From Phoronis australis (taxonomy: Eukaryota > Animalia > Phoronida), in assembly GCA_002633005.1 (NCBI GenBank), contig NMRA01000134.1, positions 472,652 to 536,651 on the forward strand: a stretch of DNA of 64,000 nt, given 5' to 3'. Under the pieces are notes generated by a model, which saw only the letters and a list, made by a program, of their open reading frames with translations, searched no databases and was not told the DNA's origin. A program made the translations under genes and the position numbers. This document shows, piece after piece, positions 50,497 to 64,000 of this stretch (within the stretch, counting starts at the first letter, position 1; each line of letters starts with the position of its first letter).

Positions 50497-53400
50497 TTTG
50501 AACGTGGATCATGGCCAAAGAAGAATCTCTGTTGTTACTCCAGCCGCTCGCTTTGCTGTAATTCCTAGCATTGGAATGACGGTGGGGCTCAACATTCACT
50601 TGGTGGGCTCCTTATCGCACGAACGCCAACATGAAAGTGAATAGCTTTTTGGTCCTATTCTAATCGGACTATAAAAATGATCTAATTTTACTATCGCCTA
50701 GTGAATGTCGAGTCTCTCATTAAACGGCATACTGTAAAACTTTTGAGGGACATTTGTGCTCTTTCCGTTTATTGTTAGATAGTTTATCTTTAGCGAAAGA
50801 TCTACGAGACTGGGGTACATAGTGCGCCAAAATTACGCTTGCGCCAAAATTAACAGGGAGAAGCTTATGCGAGAAACAAATTGCTAAACATTTCAAAATG
50901 TGGCATTCTTGCTGGTAGTCTACGATATGGTCAAACTCTCGAGAAAGGCCTGTGGCTTGGCTGTAGACAGATATTGTGGCAAATTCCTACCTCAGACAAG
51001 CGGCGTTCCACTTTATCTTTTAACGGATAGTCCTTGAATGTTTCTGCACAATGTGTCGTTGGAATGAATCTGCGTCTGCTACAGGTGAATGTCACTTATA
51101 TCCAGCACAGGTGGTTACATTAAAACGTACAGGGTGGCTAGTGGGATATCAATACTAGTGACGCATCATAGAATGTGGGCTGTACCTAATTTGAAGAGGC
51201 ATTTCCCATAAACCTCTAGTCTGGGTTGTCGCCCGAGCTGTGTAGAGATACTGAACAAAGATCTGTAAAAGGTGATTGATGAACCATGCAACACGTTAGT
51301 GTTAAAACACCCCCTTGTAAGCCTACTACCTCATTTCCCGTGACTCAATTTACGCGCTCCACAAATTGGTTCACAAAAATGTGAAAAGGCTATACTCTCT
51401 CCTCTGTTTTTACCAATTGAGAACACAATTTACTTGCATTCAACATGTCTTGTACGGTACACATGCCATTTGAGCATGTCTTGTACCGAACACCTGCCAC
51501 TTGAGCAAGAATCTCAAAAACCATAACCAGAACAAGATGGCAACTTTTAAGTTAAAAGCAATTATTGTGTCCCTAGTTGGAGAATTGGCATGGTGAATCG
51601 TTTTTTATACGGTTACTTGAAAGTCGACCAATGTCGCCCCTTTCCACTATTCTAGTACATGAAAACATGCAAATGAACGCTAAAATAACAGGGGCGTACA
51701 TCGTAAATATTTCCAATCTAACTAACGTTCAAGTTGAACACAACACCAATGAATATACAGCAATCAAGTACATTAAACTTGTGGATTTTGGAAGTATAAA
51801 CTTCATTACGTCCGGGGTGGCAGGGTGTCTTTGTTAGTGTTATTAGAACTGGGAATTAAGCAGCAGTAACAATTTCTTGTATATAATTGTAATTTATGTA
51901 TAGGACAAGTGTAACCAAAGAATTATAAATACTTACATTTCTCTTCACTTGCTTACGTATGCATTTGACAGTAGCACACTAACTGGATGATTTTATCTCC
52001 AGTAATCTAACAAGGAGTGAGGATTGCTGCTGCAAACAATATTGTCTTGATATGTAGCAAATCCAAAAACAAAAACTGATTTTATGGTTGGCCTAATGTT
52101 ACAATAGTAGCGTGCAGAGGTTTGGTGATGCACGGGGGTGATTTTTCATTAAATGCCCCCTCCCCGTCTAATCAAATGTATGCTAGTACTAAAAAAGTAC
52201 TGAAAAATGTGAAACGTGAAAGAGAAACTTTATTTAATTTAACTACAAATCAGTCGCAATTTCGAAAAGTTAATTCATAGTGATTGGACGCCCTCCGATG
52301 TGGGCGCCCGCTGCACGTTACTGTATTCCAGTCATTTAATTCACTACTTTAACGGCCGTTTTATATCAAGTTATATACTATTTACCCCTTATTGTCATCT
52401 ATTCTCTTTTCATTCTACAATGTTCATATTTATTGACTACGTGATAAGCGATTTGGAACTTAATAAAATGCCTATATCAATACACTTACACTTTTCAATG
52501 TAATTTCCTATCCCAATATGATGCTTATTCAGCGACAAGGCCAGAAGGTAAAAGTCCTAAATTTGTCAAAAAAAACATCATTTGCGGAAGTTGTAAGACG
52601 TTTATTAAAGGAACATTATCGCGAGGGTACGTCAAATTAGCAACAGTAACCGTTTAGATAATAAATTAGAGGAAAAAATTTCTTGATCAACAAATGTCTT
52701 ATCTTTGATTGCCGTATCTTAAAATTGATGCAAAGTACCAACCAGAAGTGAGCAATTACTGTGTCACAGTGACTACCCAGACGTGTGAGCGCAGTGCGTA
52801 ATTGGCAGCAAATCGGCACCGGCTTTACTGGCCGTTTAAAAATGTAAAATAGAAAAAAACATCCATATACAGCGATGTTTCGACACACAAAAACAAGTTT
52901 TATCTCAAAATAGTGAGCTGCACATCTGTGCTTGATGTTGCTGCCAGGACAGAATAACCGTTGAAGTACTGGTAATTCCCCGGCCTGCAGTCGCCGTGAC
53001 TCTTCGCCGGGAACTGGTAATCACTAACTAAAGTGGCTTTGCTTTTCAATTATCAGGGAAAATATATTTTCAAACCTCACAAAAACAAACTTACAATATA
53101 TACCTTTGTTGTCTAAATGTAAAAATTACGAACCGCAAACCTGAGTAGTGAATTGTAGTCAATGAGCTGAATGTCGGCGATGGGAATGTATTGCAGCAGT
53201 GTTAGGAGTATGACACAGTATTTTTTAATCTCTTTGTCACAGGTCTCATTCAGGGCCGGGTAGCTAATTTATGTTTTCATCTTGCCCTGCGGAGAACAGC
53301 TGCCAGCGGTCCGGCTCCGCCGGCTAAGAGCGTATACGAATGTTTCTGGCTAAGTGGGAATTATTCCTTTTACTTTAAACTTATTAATACTTACATTATA

Positions 53401-54779
53401 CCACTTTGGCACCAAGGCAAGTTTTCTACCTGAAGTTACTTTGCCACCAAGTGGTATTCGTCAGCCGCCCGGCCGTAGCGAATTAAGTTGCGTCTAAATT
53501 TATATTTTCGCAAGTTTAACTGTCAGGATGTTCTAACTGTATAGTAATTTTATTCAATAATTTGATGTTGCATGTTCATTGTTCTGTTTATACTGTTTGT
53601 TCGCCAGAGTTAATTAAACCCAGTAAACCACGCTTAGCCTAGTCTCATGGGCCATAGTCGGCCCCGGTTGTTATTCAGTCGTTGACGCAGGACAGTTACC
53701 AGTGGCGGATCTACGTTTTCAGTAAGGGGAGGGGTTTAGGATTCCCGCAAAGGTCGAATCCGAGGCGCGTGGCGCCGAGCGGGGGCGCGAGTGTAGGACA
53801 ACTTTTTGTTTTTGTAGACAAACAGTGAAATTTTCATGCATCCGGGTACGTTTTTGGCACTTAACATGTCCCTGGAGTTTTTCTTAAGATATTAAAAAAC
53901 CTTTCTCGATTTCGTCACATGAGCTTGGCTCATAAGTTTCGTGAAACCATATTTGTGCACATCTGGGTATGAATCACACCACCAGCAAAAATTTTTGTTG
54001 GAACATCTGCTTACACACACCTTTTTAGCATACGAAAAAGTGTGGTGTGTATACAGGGGTTTAGACAACTACCAAATATTCAAGAGCATAAGGAGCACCG
54101 TCGGGGCGTAAAAACTTGAATATCAGATGATCGCAACAGCCTCAAGCTGTTTAAGAACGAAGACCTGTACTGTTAGTCCGGAAATAAACATGTGTTCTGT
54201 CTCGTTACGACTGAGAAAAACTGGCTAACGATGGTGCTCTCAGCTCATAGTCTATTATAAAAAGCGACAATAAACAATCAAGTATCACTTGATTAATTAA
54301 GCTGAATCACGTTGACAACAATTGAAAAACGTCAAATGTATCATGAAACAAATCATCTGAAAACAGTTTCACGAAACCAAAACATTCTGTACACCGTAGT
54401 GAAAAGATCAGTATACAGGAGCAGTTCGCAGAGGAACCAGATGTACACTGAGAGTACACTAAAGCTCTGGCCTGGTCCGTCACGAGACCAAAAGTACACC
54501 TGTGCTTATTATCCCTATAAAAATAGTTGATCTGTCGCGGGACCAAACAGTACTGGCTGAGATAAGTAGCTTTACAAAGCACACTTTGGTAAAAAGCATC
54601 ACAAGAATAGTTCGCTGAGGGACCAGAAGTAAACTGAAACTAGATATCTACACAAATCAAGCTGGCCTGGTCCGTCGCGAGACTTAAAGCGTACTTTGCA
54701 AAAAAAATTGAATTGAAAACTTCTCTTTAGATACTTTTTAATCCCCAGTGGTTGCTCATACATATAGTTTACACATCTA

Positions 54780-55750
54780 GTGGTCAACTGCTGCGACAGG
54801 TTGTCTAGAAAGGGTTTTCGCACCGTTCTGTAGTACTCACTGGAAGAAACGAAACAAGTATTGGGTACAGATTTAATTACGCACAACGTGAAATAGATTT
54901 TGGATATGAAGCAGATAGGCTCAAGTGGAAATACAAACCAGAATCAGATTCTGTGCGCTCGTAGACCCTCTGCTGTACTGGATAAATTTGGCATGTCCAA
55001 AAATAATTTCTATTTCGTTTTCATTGTACACAAGCATAAAAAACCGTCATTATTACAAACTGTGTAGAATTATAACTTATTACCTGGGTGTTTCTCCAGG
55101 AACATTGGTCCTATCTTCTGTTGTCTAGACTGCCGAGGAATCTGTACATCGGATCCAATGGTTTGCTCCTCTTGGAACCATTCTACCCAGACATCTGCGA
55201 CGTTATTTCCCAACATTTGCACTTCGTCAACTGCTGTGTCAATGTGCTTGTACGCCTCTACAATGTCAGCATCTCGTTTCGCAGCTCAGTTGGCACTAAG
55301 TCCCTGAGGTTACCAAGTCCATTCAAAAGACTTACAGCATGCGCAACTAAATTTGATCTGTTCATCATGGACTACTTCAAACCTTGACGATGTATCTCAA
55401 GACCCATTTGCATCTCTTGCAATTTTCGAAATAAACGTCCCAATGTCTGAACGCTTGAAACCCGAAGTACTAACATCAAATAAATGCCCATGGGCATGGG
55501 CGTTTCGTCGGGTGGGCCTTTCTGCGGAAATTCCCAGTATAGAAAACGGCAGTGGTGCTTATTGCAGGTAGAAGGACGGTAGGTGTTGAGGTCGGCACTA
55601 CGGCTCCTTAGGAGGCCTATTGAACATCGCACGAGTCCCGCAAGACTTTGTTGTGAAAATACAGCCTCCCGCAATTTCTGGTACTGTACACTGTTCGCGA
55701 ACTGAATGTGGTCACTTTCTCAACATGAGTGCCCCCTTGGTCATTCCTTG
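54780..55750 (-). pseudogene. Decayed hAT transposase fossil (THAP12/PRKRIR-like clade)
   Basis: Minus-strand KRDADIVEAYKHIDTAVDEVQMLGNNVADVWVEWFQE, PRQSRQQ..RTNVPGETP and EYYRTVRKPFLDNLSQQLTTR, all typical of hAT transposase insertion-domain sequence. Confidence 0.75.
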
Positions 55751-56659
55751 TATAGACATAACTTGTTAAGAGTACATCTTCAAACAGACTCGCGACCAGA
55801 CCACGGCGCCCGCCACAATAGCAATTCTTCGGAAAACGATTTTTTTTTCAAAAGTATTACATGTACATGTACACTGTATGATACTGTGCAAGACAACTTC
55901 ACTATACATCAGTGAAATTCGAGTTACAAACGTGTGGGGTGTAGTAGGATGACACTGCATGACCAATGAGGTAAAAACGTTGCACGTCAATTTACCTGAA
56001 TATCAGGGTTGCGGCACTATAGTATTTCCTCTAATCAAATCAAAACATATCTTAGAGTAAAAAAACTAGTTATCTAAAGACATCAGCTATAGAGTTGCTT
56101 TTTCAGCGGTGGATCCATCTAAAATGCTTGGCTACTTCAGAAGTGTCGACGGAAGCGCGCGCACAATTGATATCCGGGGTTTTGCCGATGAGCCACGAAG
56201 ACTGACTCGAAGTGCGTTGATTTTCATAACAGCAATTCACAATGCAAAAAATATATTTTCAGAATGAACCCCACCCTTCGTATGTATACGACATTCTTGA
56301 TTTTAACCATTTATTCCGGGGACGGACAACGGCATGCCTTCGTCTTTTGTCTGAGTGCGAGTGTTCTCGATCGGTCTGTACCGGGTCATCGGCTGCAGGT
56401 CCGAGCCCGGCAAAATAATTTCTGTCAAATTTTATTTTGCCATATTTTGTCAACATTTTCAGTACAAAATGTCCCTATTTTGGTTTTATTGAAATTGAGG
56501 TCCGCTATCGATTATTTTATCCCCGTTTGTAGGCTGGTAACGGACACTGCTCCAGTCGCACAGCCTTCCTGAATGAATTGTACTTACAACACCTTCTTAT
56601 TTGAAATGAGCTTTTCTCAAATAAATGAGCTTCGAAAAAAGGACTTAAATCGTTTTACG

Positions 56660-56712
56660 GTATCGCGGTTAGTTCAAAATGGCGGTGTGATCTTAGGGTC
56701 GGAATCGTGAGT
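56660..56712 (+). promoter_or_regulatory. Candidate NKAPD1 promoter and non-coding first exon with a YY1-type motif
   Basis: CAAAATGGCGG (56675-56685) in a CpG-richer patch, followed by a GTGAGT donor at 56707. Confidence 0.4.
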
Positions 56713-58462
56713 GACGCTTAATTTTTTTCGACTACGGATTGTGGTTATGGGATAAGTGCTGCGAGGTTCCCTGTACTGTCTTCTAACCGTTTAATAAGGG
56801 TTAAAAACGTGTGCTTCTAGGACTTTTGATTGGTTACGCCACTAAGCTTGGTTTCTCGAAAAGAAAACAACAGAAGGGGGGAATTATTTTGAATTTGTCA
56901 AAGACTATATTCCCGATTGTTTTTGTAAGGATAAAATCGACATTTTTGCAAAGAAATCTAAGCATAGCGTTTTTTGATCAAAACATTGATATCATGGGAA
57001 CAGAATTGTTCGTAGAAAACTCGTACAGTTGATAAAGACTGGCAGAAGTGTATTTTCTTGATGCTTGTGTGCAGTGTACATTATTAACATATCAGCGTGT
57101 TCAAGATAAACATACCAGCAACCGTAAATAAAAGATTTCTGCTACTTTTGGCGTGCAAGTGTTACTCATGAACCGTAACAGACTGCCACTGGCATGAAAA
57201 AGCCCTGCATTAAAGCTTAGTTATCTGCAGTTACTTCAAAAGACCTTTAGTTTTTATGTTGGGTTGCCATGTGACAACTCCGGGGTTATTAGTTTCTGCG
57301 ATTAATATGATCATTTAACTTGGAAAATCAACTTATATAAATTTAAAATCTAATTTTGTAATAAATTTCATGATGCTTCAGCGAACTTAGGTGCTAATGA
57401 TTTCTCCCAATTTTAAAACACGAGGTGGGAGTTCAGTCTTGTGTAACGTTCAAATTTATACCCCAAAAGAATGATTTTGGAATGTTTTTGGCAACCTAAT
57501 AAAGCGAATTTCACAATGATTGCACCCCTATTAAGGTCAAACTACTCTAAAGGCATAAAGTATTTGTGTCTGAAGAAAATGTGCCTTTTAGGCCTACTTG
57601 AATTCAAACTTTTTTAAAACATGGATACCAAAGTCCTCAGTGGAGTCTGCCTCAACTGATCCGTATGCCGCCCGAACATCAAAGTCCTAACACCCGACCT
57701 GCTAAAAATTCAACTTCTCTCAAGCTAGGAACAACATTAAAACACTCATTGTATTTGAATTGTTGTAATCGTCAACATCATTTCTATGGCGTCTTGTTAT
57801 TGGTTAATTTTGTGGTTCCCCGGACCGGAGAGGAGAGAATGTAAATGAGGCCTAGGCCTACTCTGGTGCATCTCAGATGTTCTGCAAACCTGACCGCATC
57901 TTCGGATGACGTGTTGTTATTTATGCGTCACTGGAGTAGTTTCAAAAAAGTAAGTACTCTTAAGAACCTAACTCGTGTCGGTGAACCTGTGTGATAATGC
58001 AACACTGAGAATATAGTCATGTGTGCCGCGAACTTCGCATCTGTGGTCTGCGGAACGAACACATTGGCCGCCAGGAGGCTGCAGACACTAGAGGACAGCA
58101 CAAGGTATGTTTGTGGTTCAGCAATGGTTATGTTAACAAACGTGAAATAGTGTGTGTGTGGCCGACAGTATTCTAAAGATAACTTGCAAGTAATGATAGC
58201 TAACCCAACGGGGGGTATCTGTGTCTTTTTCTATAATTAGGCTGTTATGTATTGATGCCGGGAGAACCGGAATGGTACTCGGAAAATTGTGTGTGAAATC
58301 AGTCATTCACTCGACAACGTTCGCAGACAGTCTCCCCTGCTCAGTCAGAGTCAGACATTCATCATAATAATATACTAATACTTAGTCATATACTCATAGC
58401 CTTGCACTTGCCTTGGTGCTAAGCTGGCTGGCTACCCTGATCACTACTCACTAGCTGCTCGC

Positions 58463-58727
58463 TGACACTCTGCAGTGCCTGACCTGCCTGTGGGCTGACT
58501 GAGTGACGGCAGAAATCAGTCTTTCACTCCCGACAACATTCGCAGCCTCACCTGAGTGATCACCGACACTGCCTGTAGTGCCTGACCTGCCTGTGGTCTG
58601 ACTGAGTGACAGTGACAGACAGAAATCAGTCTTTCACTCGACAACATTCGCAGACTCACCTGAGTGATCACTGACACTGTCTGTAGTGCATGGCCTGTCT
58701 GTGGTCTGACTGAGTGACAGTGACAGG
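58463..58727. repeat. About 105-110-bp tandem repeat, about 2.4 copies
   Basis: GTGCCTGACCTGCCTGTGG..CTGACTGAGTGAC..AGAAATCAGTCTTTCACTC..GACAACATTCGCAG repeated; partial copy near 58296. Confidence 0.85.
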
Positions 58728-59425
58728 CTAGACCTGTCCTAGCTTTGACTCAGTGTAAACTTGACTAACTCAATGTGTGTATTTTGGTGCTAGTCTTCAT
58801 GCAGCTGGCAGGCTATAGGTTTCCATTATGACTTGTGTGTGTAAAAATGGCCAAATAAAATCTGACACAGAACTAATGTCATGAAAATCTACACTCTTCC
58901 TTAAATTCGTTACCAGTGCTAAGAAACTGCATTCTGCTGTTAAAGTTGTGTAGCGATCTTATGCGTTGGCTTTCAGCGCCCAAGCCTTCAGTAGCATGAA
59001 ACAGAGCGTCACCTATTGGCCAATTTCTTTTTTCTCTGATTCCTTAATCAACTGTTTGTGTATATATCACTATATATTATCAAAATTGGTTTCATTCGTT
59101 TTAAGGTTTTGCTATTTCAGTACCAGCAACCAAATTTCTGAGGAAATATTGCTTCGCCATTGAAGTTGTCACCATCTCCAAAAAGATGTCGCAAGAAATT
59201 AGTAAATGGCACGTGTCATGAGCTTGAGCCAATGTCATACTTTTCTTTGTTGCTAAAGCTGAAGAATCATTCAAGAAAATGACATTTATTTGATGGTTTT
59301 TCTCATGATGAGTAGGTGAGCAGTACTCGGGTGTTGTGGGCAGTGTGAAGTTTTGAGGTCTATGTGAAGTTCACACATTTGTAACCAGCCAGGTAGCTTT
59401 CTCCATGATAGCAAGTAGCAGCATG

Positions 59426-59533
59426 TGTTGATAAAAACACTGATGGTTTTCAATCATCTTGACATGTCTTGGGGTTTATTAAAACACCGAAACATGTCAA
59501 GCCTATTGAAATCCATGGTTGTTTTTATCAGCA
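59426..59533. repeat. 108-nt imperfect inverted repeat (hairpin)
   Basis: Arms TGTTGATAAAAACA/TGTTTTTATCAGCA, ATGGTTTTCAAT/ATTGAAATCCAT, CTTGACATGT/ACATGTCAAG. Confidence 0.85.
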
Positions 59534-59891
59534 GCTAGCTTTATGTAGACTTGCATCAAAATACCGCTGTTTATTAGGCTTTGAAATTTGACACCATCTG
59601 GGTAACTCTGCTTATTACCTTGTGAAACTTATACCTTGTGAAACTTATACAAGCATGTGGAGCTAACGATCTCCGGAGGTGCATGCAAAATCTTGGAGTC
59701 AACCGACACTTACCTTCCCCGTTACAGCCGTTTGAGTGGAAAACAATCTAATGGATTGTTATTTTCTTGCATCATTCTCCAGCAAAGAAAAGTCTGTCGA
59801 CGACTTGAAAGCTCAGAAGATGAAGACGGGGGTTATATCACATTGTCAATACGCTATCTGATACATTTTCAGGTGCAAGTGTCATATTACA

Positions 59892-59957
59892 ATGGTTTCC
59901 AGGATGGGTAAAGATTTGTTGAAAAACATGATTCTTCACACGGACTCGCATAACAAG
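59892..59957 (+). CDS. NKAPD1: NKAPD1 coding exon 1 (exon starts 59873)
   Basis: TTTTCAG acceptor, AAG|GTCAGT donor. Confidence 0.88.
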
Positions 59958-62900
59958 GTCAGTTATCTTTTTGCATAGGCAAAAGTCAGGTTTTGATTTA
60001 GAGCACTTGTCATCTCAAATTGTTCCTTTTTTGTTAGCCAAATTGGTGGGGATTTCAGTGCTTCAAAAAAGCTGGCAGTTTGTTATTGCCTAGTTGACTT
60101 GCCGGGACATGTCATTTTGGGTGCCGAGCATGGCCTCACGGTACATTGTAGGGTGCCGAGCATGGCCTCATGATACATTGTAGGGTGCCGAGCATGGCCT
60201 CATGATACATTGTAGGGTGCCGAGCATGGCCTCATGATACATTGTAGGGTGCCGAGCATGGCCTCATGGTACATTGTAGGGTGCCGAGCATGGCCTCATG
60301 GTACATTGTAGGGTGCCGAGCATGGCCTCATGGTACATTGTAGGGTGCCGAGCATGGCCTCTTGGTACATTGTAGGGTGCCTAGCATGGCCTCTTGGTAC
60401 ATTGTACTAGTGTCAGTTCTTTACAAACCAAAAAATCACTACTCATCTGAGTTGAGAACAAGTTGAGACCAATTTGCTCAGGAAGTGGTCTAAAAGTGGT
60501 CAAACGTTTCCTTCATAGACCACTTTAACTTTCAGTGAAGTCCATTTGTTGCTTTTCAGACCCCAAAATGTAATAATGACCCCCAAAATGTAATAATGAA
60601 CAAAGGCTAGTCATTGTTTTGAGCTTACAAAGTTAAAACTTCTATTTCGTTTTTAATTAAAAATGCGTGTAATTAACTTCTGCTACCTTTACGTACACGG
60701 ATTTTTCTTACGATTCGTTACAGATTGCCAAATTGTAGCCAATCACAAGCACCGGTAAATAACCCATTACAAAATGCAACAACTCGCAGACACTGGTAAT
60801 GATCTGTGGAAGGAGAGGCAAATTTTTTAGCGTGTCAAAAATCTTCCATGGATTGCTCAGGGATTGATTTATATGTAAAAAACGCGCAAAGGATTGCAAA
60901 GCGCTTGCAACAACTTTTAACCATTCAAAAACAAAAACAGCTTGTAAAAATCCATAAATGACTTGTAACAATTTTATTATACAATTTGACATGAATAATT
61001 CACGTTATATTTACATACTGTTTAGTATGTAATGATTCTTAAGTATCTATTCGTAAGAGCATATGTAACAGATCGGAACTAACACGAAAGGCATTGATAA
61101 ATCTGGAACATTCCGTAGAAAGGCTTTAAATTACACTTAAAATTATACTAGTTCCCCACATCAACTCTTAACAAATCACAAAGAGTTGCTGTAAATAAAT
61201 GGCAATAACTTGTAATGACCCATAAAGTACCGTAATAAGCTTGCAAGTTGGTGATGAAAGTAACCAATTTATGAGGATCTGTGAATTTTTTCTATCCATA
61301 AGAACTCATAAAAAAATTGTGTATGTGAAGGGGTATGAAATTAACTCTACTAAAGATGGGCAGGTAAGAAATTAATGGCGAGAACAATCCAGTGTGTTTT
61401 CTATGCCATTTATTGCAATACATAAGCGACATCTATAGGCAAAATATTACACATTGAACAGACACAATGATTAACTGAAGCTGATCACAGTCTTGATTTC
61501 AGTTGATTATTATATGTGTTCTGAGTCGGCGACGTGCAACTTATAAACATGAGGCTGGGTCATTTCACTATTGTTGCAGCCATGCTTTCAATGGACGTCT
61601 GAAGAATAGTATTTAACTGTAATAACCCACAACTGTTATTTTGCCAACCCAACTTCTCTTTCATTCTAGGGAATAGTAAGCTCACACCTCTTACCTGCCA
61701 GTCTGACCCCTTCTCTTATAAGTGCTGTGCAACTAGGAGCACTAAAGGCTACTGTCTGATTAAACAAGTAGCAACAGAGTGTGCCGCCAGTGCATGTCAC
61801 GTGCACAGTGATTCGTGTGGTGGTGTTTACATTGTCACTCCCTTGTGTAGAGAATATTCCTGTTTAACAAAGTCACGTAACCAAACTATGGAGTCAATGT
61901 CACTAGGAGTGATGGGCACATTGCTAGTGAAATAATGATTAAGACCACATGACTCATTTCAGAGAGTTGAAATTGCCGAGATGTGGCAACAAAAAGAGAC
62001 AATGTCAAGGACACAGAATTTCTTCAACCATGATGACAGGCTTGTGGGAGGCAAGAAGCGTGGGTACTCAGGCAGTTATGATGGTGAAGAACCAGGGCAT
62101 AAGAAGAGTAGATCACTAAATATGGATGAGCCTTCCAGCACATATTGGTCCAGGCAACTACAAAAGTTGGAGGAAGTTGACCCAGACCGGTAGGTGGACA
62201 CTTTTTAGAGAATGCAAAGCTTCATTTTTCTGTCATGGGATTAAGGAATCAACTCCTGCTCTTTTTCTGTGGGGCCCAAGATGGACTGAAGGGTCCTGAT
62301 GATAGCAAAAGTTGTCGCTGATATTGTGGTTTTGAAATTATATGTTTTGGGGACCCCTGACACAGGGTAACCAACCAGAAGAGTGTCCCCTAAAAGAAGG
62401 GGTCCAAAGCAATTGCCCCTTTGACATCTATTTACTAGGCACTGTCGACTATTCACACTGAGAAATCAAATTGGTTTTTAAACCACTAATTATTTTCAAG
62501 CTTAGCACACCAGCATCAAAACATGCAGCTCAAACATTGAGAGCATCATTTGAGAATAAAGTCTAACTACACTAGTGTAGATGTTCATGCAAAATTTTTT
62601 AGAGCATTCCCAGCCATCCAACTCGCAAGACGTGAACTTTTGATTTAGGCTACTTACCGGTTTACATTGGTCTCAACGTGTTCCTTACTCGGATGGGAAG
62701 GGATTCCTATGTTTGCAAAGATGTGACAGTTTGTTATTCGTTAAGATCATGCTTGGCACATAGAATGACACGCTATGACAGGCCAAATTGTAAAGCATTG
62801 TATCAAGAAACAATAAACAGTTCTGTTGAAGCGCTGAATACGGAATAAGTTGAGACCAATTTCATAACGACAAATGGTCTAAATGTGATGGAAGGCAATT

Positions 62901-63379
62901 TATAAGTGCAATGAAACAGAAAGAGCATCGCTAAACAAGTCTTTTTTCTTCTGGTCTAGTTAGAGTCAAGCCTCTGGGTTTGATTTTCAACTTGATTGTG
63001 ACTTTTAATGTGTCTTGTTATCATGGAGACTGCATCTGTCAGGCTTTAGCTTAGTGTGTATACTGACCACTTGCTAGGTTAGTTTATTGACATAGTTTTA
63101 ATCGTGTGAAAGTGTACAATAAGTGACTCAAGCTTCCTCCTTAGCCTGTCTATTAGACACGGCAATGAAGTCATTGACAATAAATTCATTCACAATGACC
63201 TGCAGAAATAGTTGAATACTGTAGCTAGCATGGCTTGTAGACAGAAAGTAAATTACATACCGTATCACTTTTGTTGTCAACAGATGGGGCCACGGCGGGT
63301 ATAAGGAGCTGTATCCTGAAGAATTCCACAGTGATAGATCTGATGAAGAGCACGGGGCACAGCAGAAATGTCACAAGAA
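59892..63379 (+). CDS. NKAPD1: NKAP domain-containing protein 1 (C11orf57) homolog, first three coding exons; 3' part probably outside the window
   Basis: Exons 59892-59957 (MVSRMGKDLLKNMILHTDSHNK), 61963-62189 (RVEIAEMWQQKE...YWSRQLQKLEEVDPD) and 63284-63379 (RWGHGGYKELYPEEFHSD...). These match the recalled NKAPD1 motifs GKxLLxNxIxHTDxHNK, EMW and PDRWGHxGYKELYPEEF. Confidence 0.88.
60119..60406. repeat. 32-bp minisatellite x9 in an NKAPD1 intron
   Basis: GGGTGCCGAGCATGGCCTCATGGTACATTGTA in tandem. Confidence 0.95.
61963..62189 (+). CDS. NKAPD1: NKAPD1 coding exon 2
   Basis: ATTTCAG acceptor, CG|GTAGGT donor. Confidence 0.88.
63284..63379 (+). CDS. NKAPD1: NKAPD1 coding exon 3
   Basis: CAACAG acceptor; WGHGGYKELYPEEF; probable AA|GTAGGT donor (reading through would give a TAG stop instead). 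Confidence 0.85.
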
Positions 63380-64000
63380 GTAGGTTTTGGACAGCATTAG
63401 ACATTGATTTCTGGTGTTTGGACTAAATATGTCTCCTAAATAAATAAATCTTGAAGCTTTTATCCAACTTCCTGCCTGATACTGAGTGTAGAGAACCTTG
63501 GGACGGAACTGCTGTTTCATAGTGTTGGCTAAACTCTCAACCGTTCTTCTAAAGAATGATTGAATCATGTGTGGAAACCCTCACTGCGTACTGTCTGTCT
63601 ATGTCAAACTCATTTACCAGTAATTACAATTCTAATTTGCTTTTAGTATTTCACAGTATTCACTTTCAAGTTCACGGAACAGTCCCCTTAGTATGTAAAA
63701 GACCCTGTGCAGCTTTTTCTGGTGATACACACTAGACAAGAACTTTAAGGCCCCTACCATGTATTTTGTATCCATCTCAGTCATATCATGGAGTGTCAGT
63801 AATACACAAGTAGTACTGAAAGTAGAGTTTCAAAATAATTTTTTATTAATATTATGCTCAGCTGAAGTTGTCCTAGTCTTGTCAAAATTAATTTTGCGTC
63901 ATTTTATTTGATGTGTTAATTGACAAGTGCGCGTCGCAAGCAATGTTTTGCACTCTCAATGTTGAACTTTGAATAAGATAGGCCCAAAAACTTTGAATGC

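Noticed and set aside
60119-60406. 32-bp repeats of CRISPR-like length
   Set aside because: No spacers; an ordinary intronic minisatellite in a eukaryote

Overview
Eukaryotic, AT-rich, intron-containing genomic DNA from an invertebrate animal (a bilaterian, possibly a lophotrochozoan; this is inference). There are two assembly gaps. Three protein-coding genes were reconstructed by hand, all on the + strand, with GT-AG splice sites and consistent phases. (1) A complete SLC6 Na+/Cl- dependent amino-acid transporter, glycine-transporter-like (14 coding exons, 12234-19806, about 650 aa). It has a candidate upstream ATG exon and a candidate 9-nt in-frame microexon. (2) A complete 4-exon gene (45086-50496, about 982 aa) for a predicted secreted protein: signal peptide, an LRR N-cap with two large insertions, about 21-22 LRRs, an LRRCT and a catalytically dead, very basic trypsin-fold domain. 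This architecture is the most unusual feature of the window. (3) The first three coding exons of NKAPD1/C11orf57, which probably continues past the window end. The remaining sequence holds MITEs (several with clear TIRs and TSDs), decayed hAT, Mutator-like, Kolobok-like and LINE-like fossils, a tRNA-derived fragment and several minisatellites. No CRISPR array, rRNA or intact tRNA was found. Most short ORFs in the supplied track are spurious.
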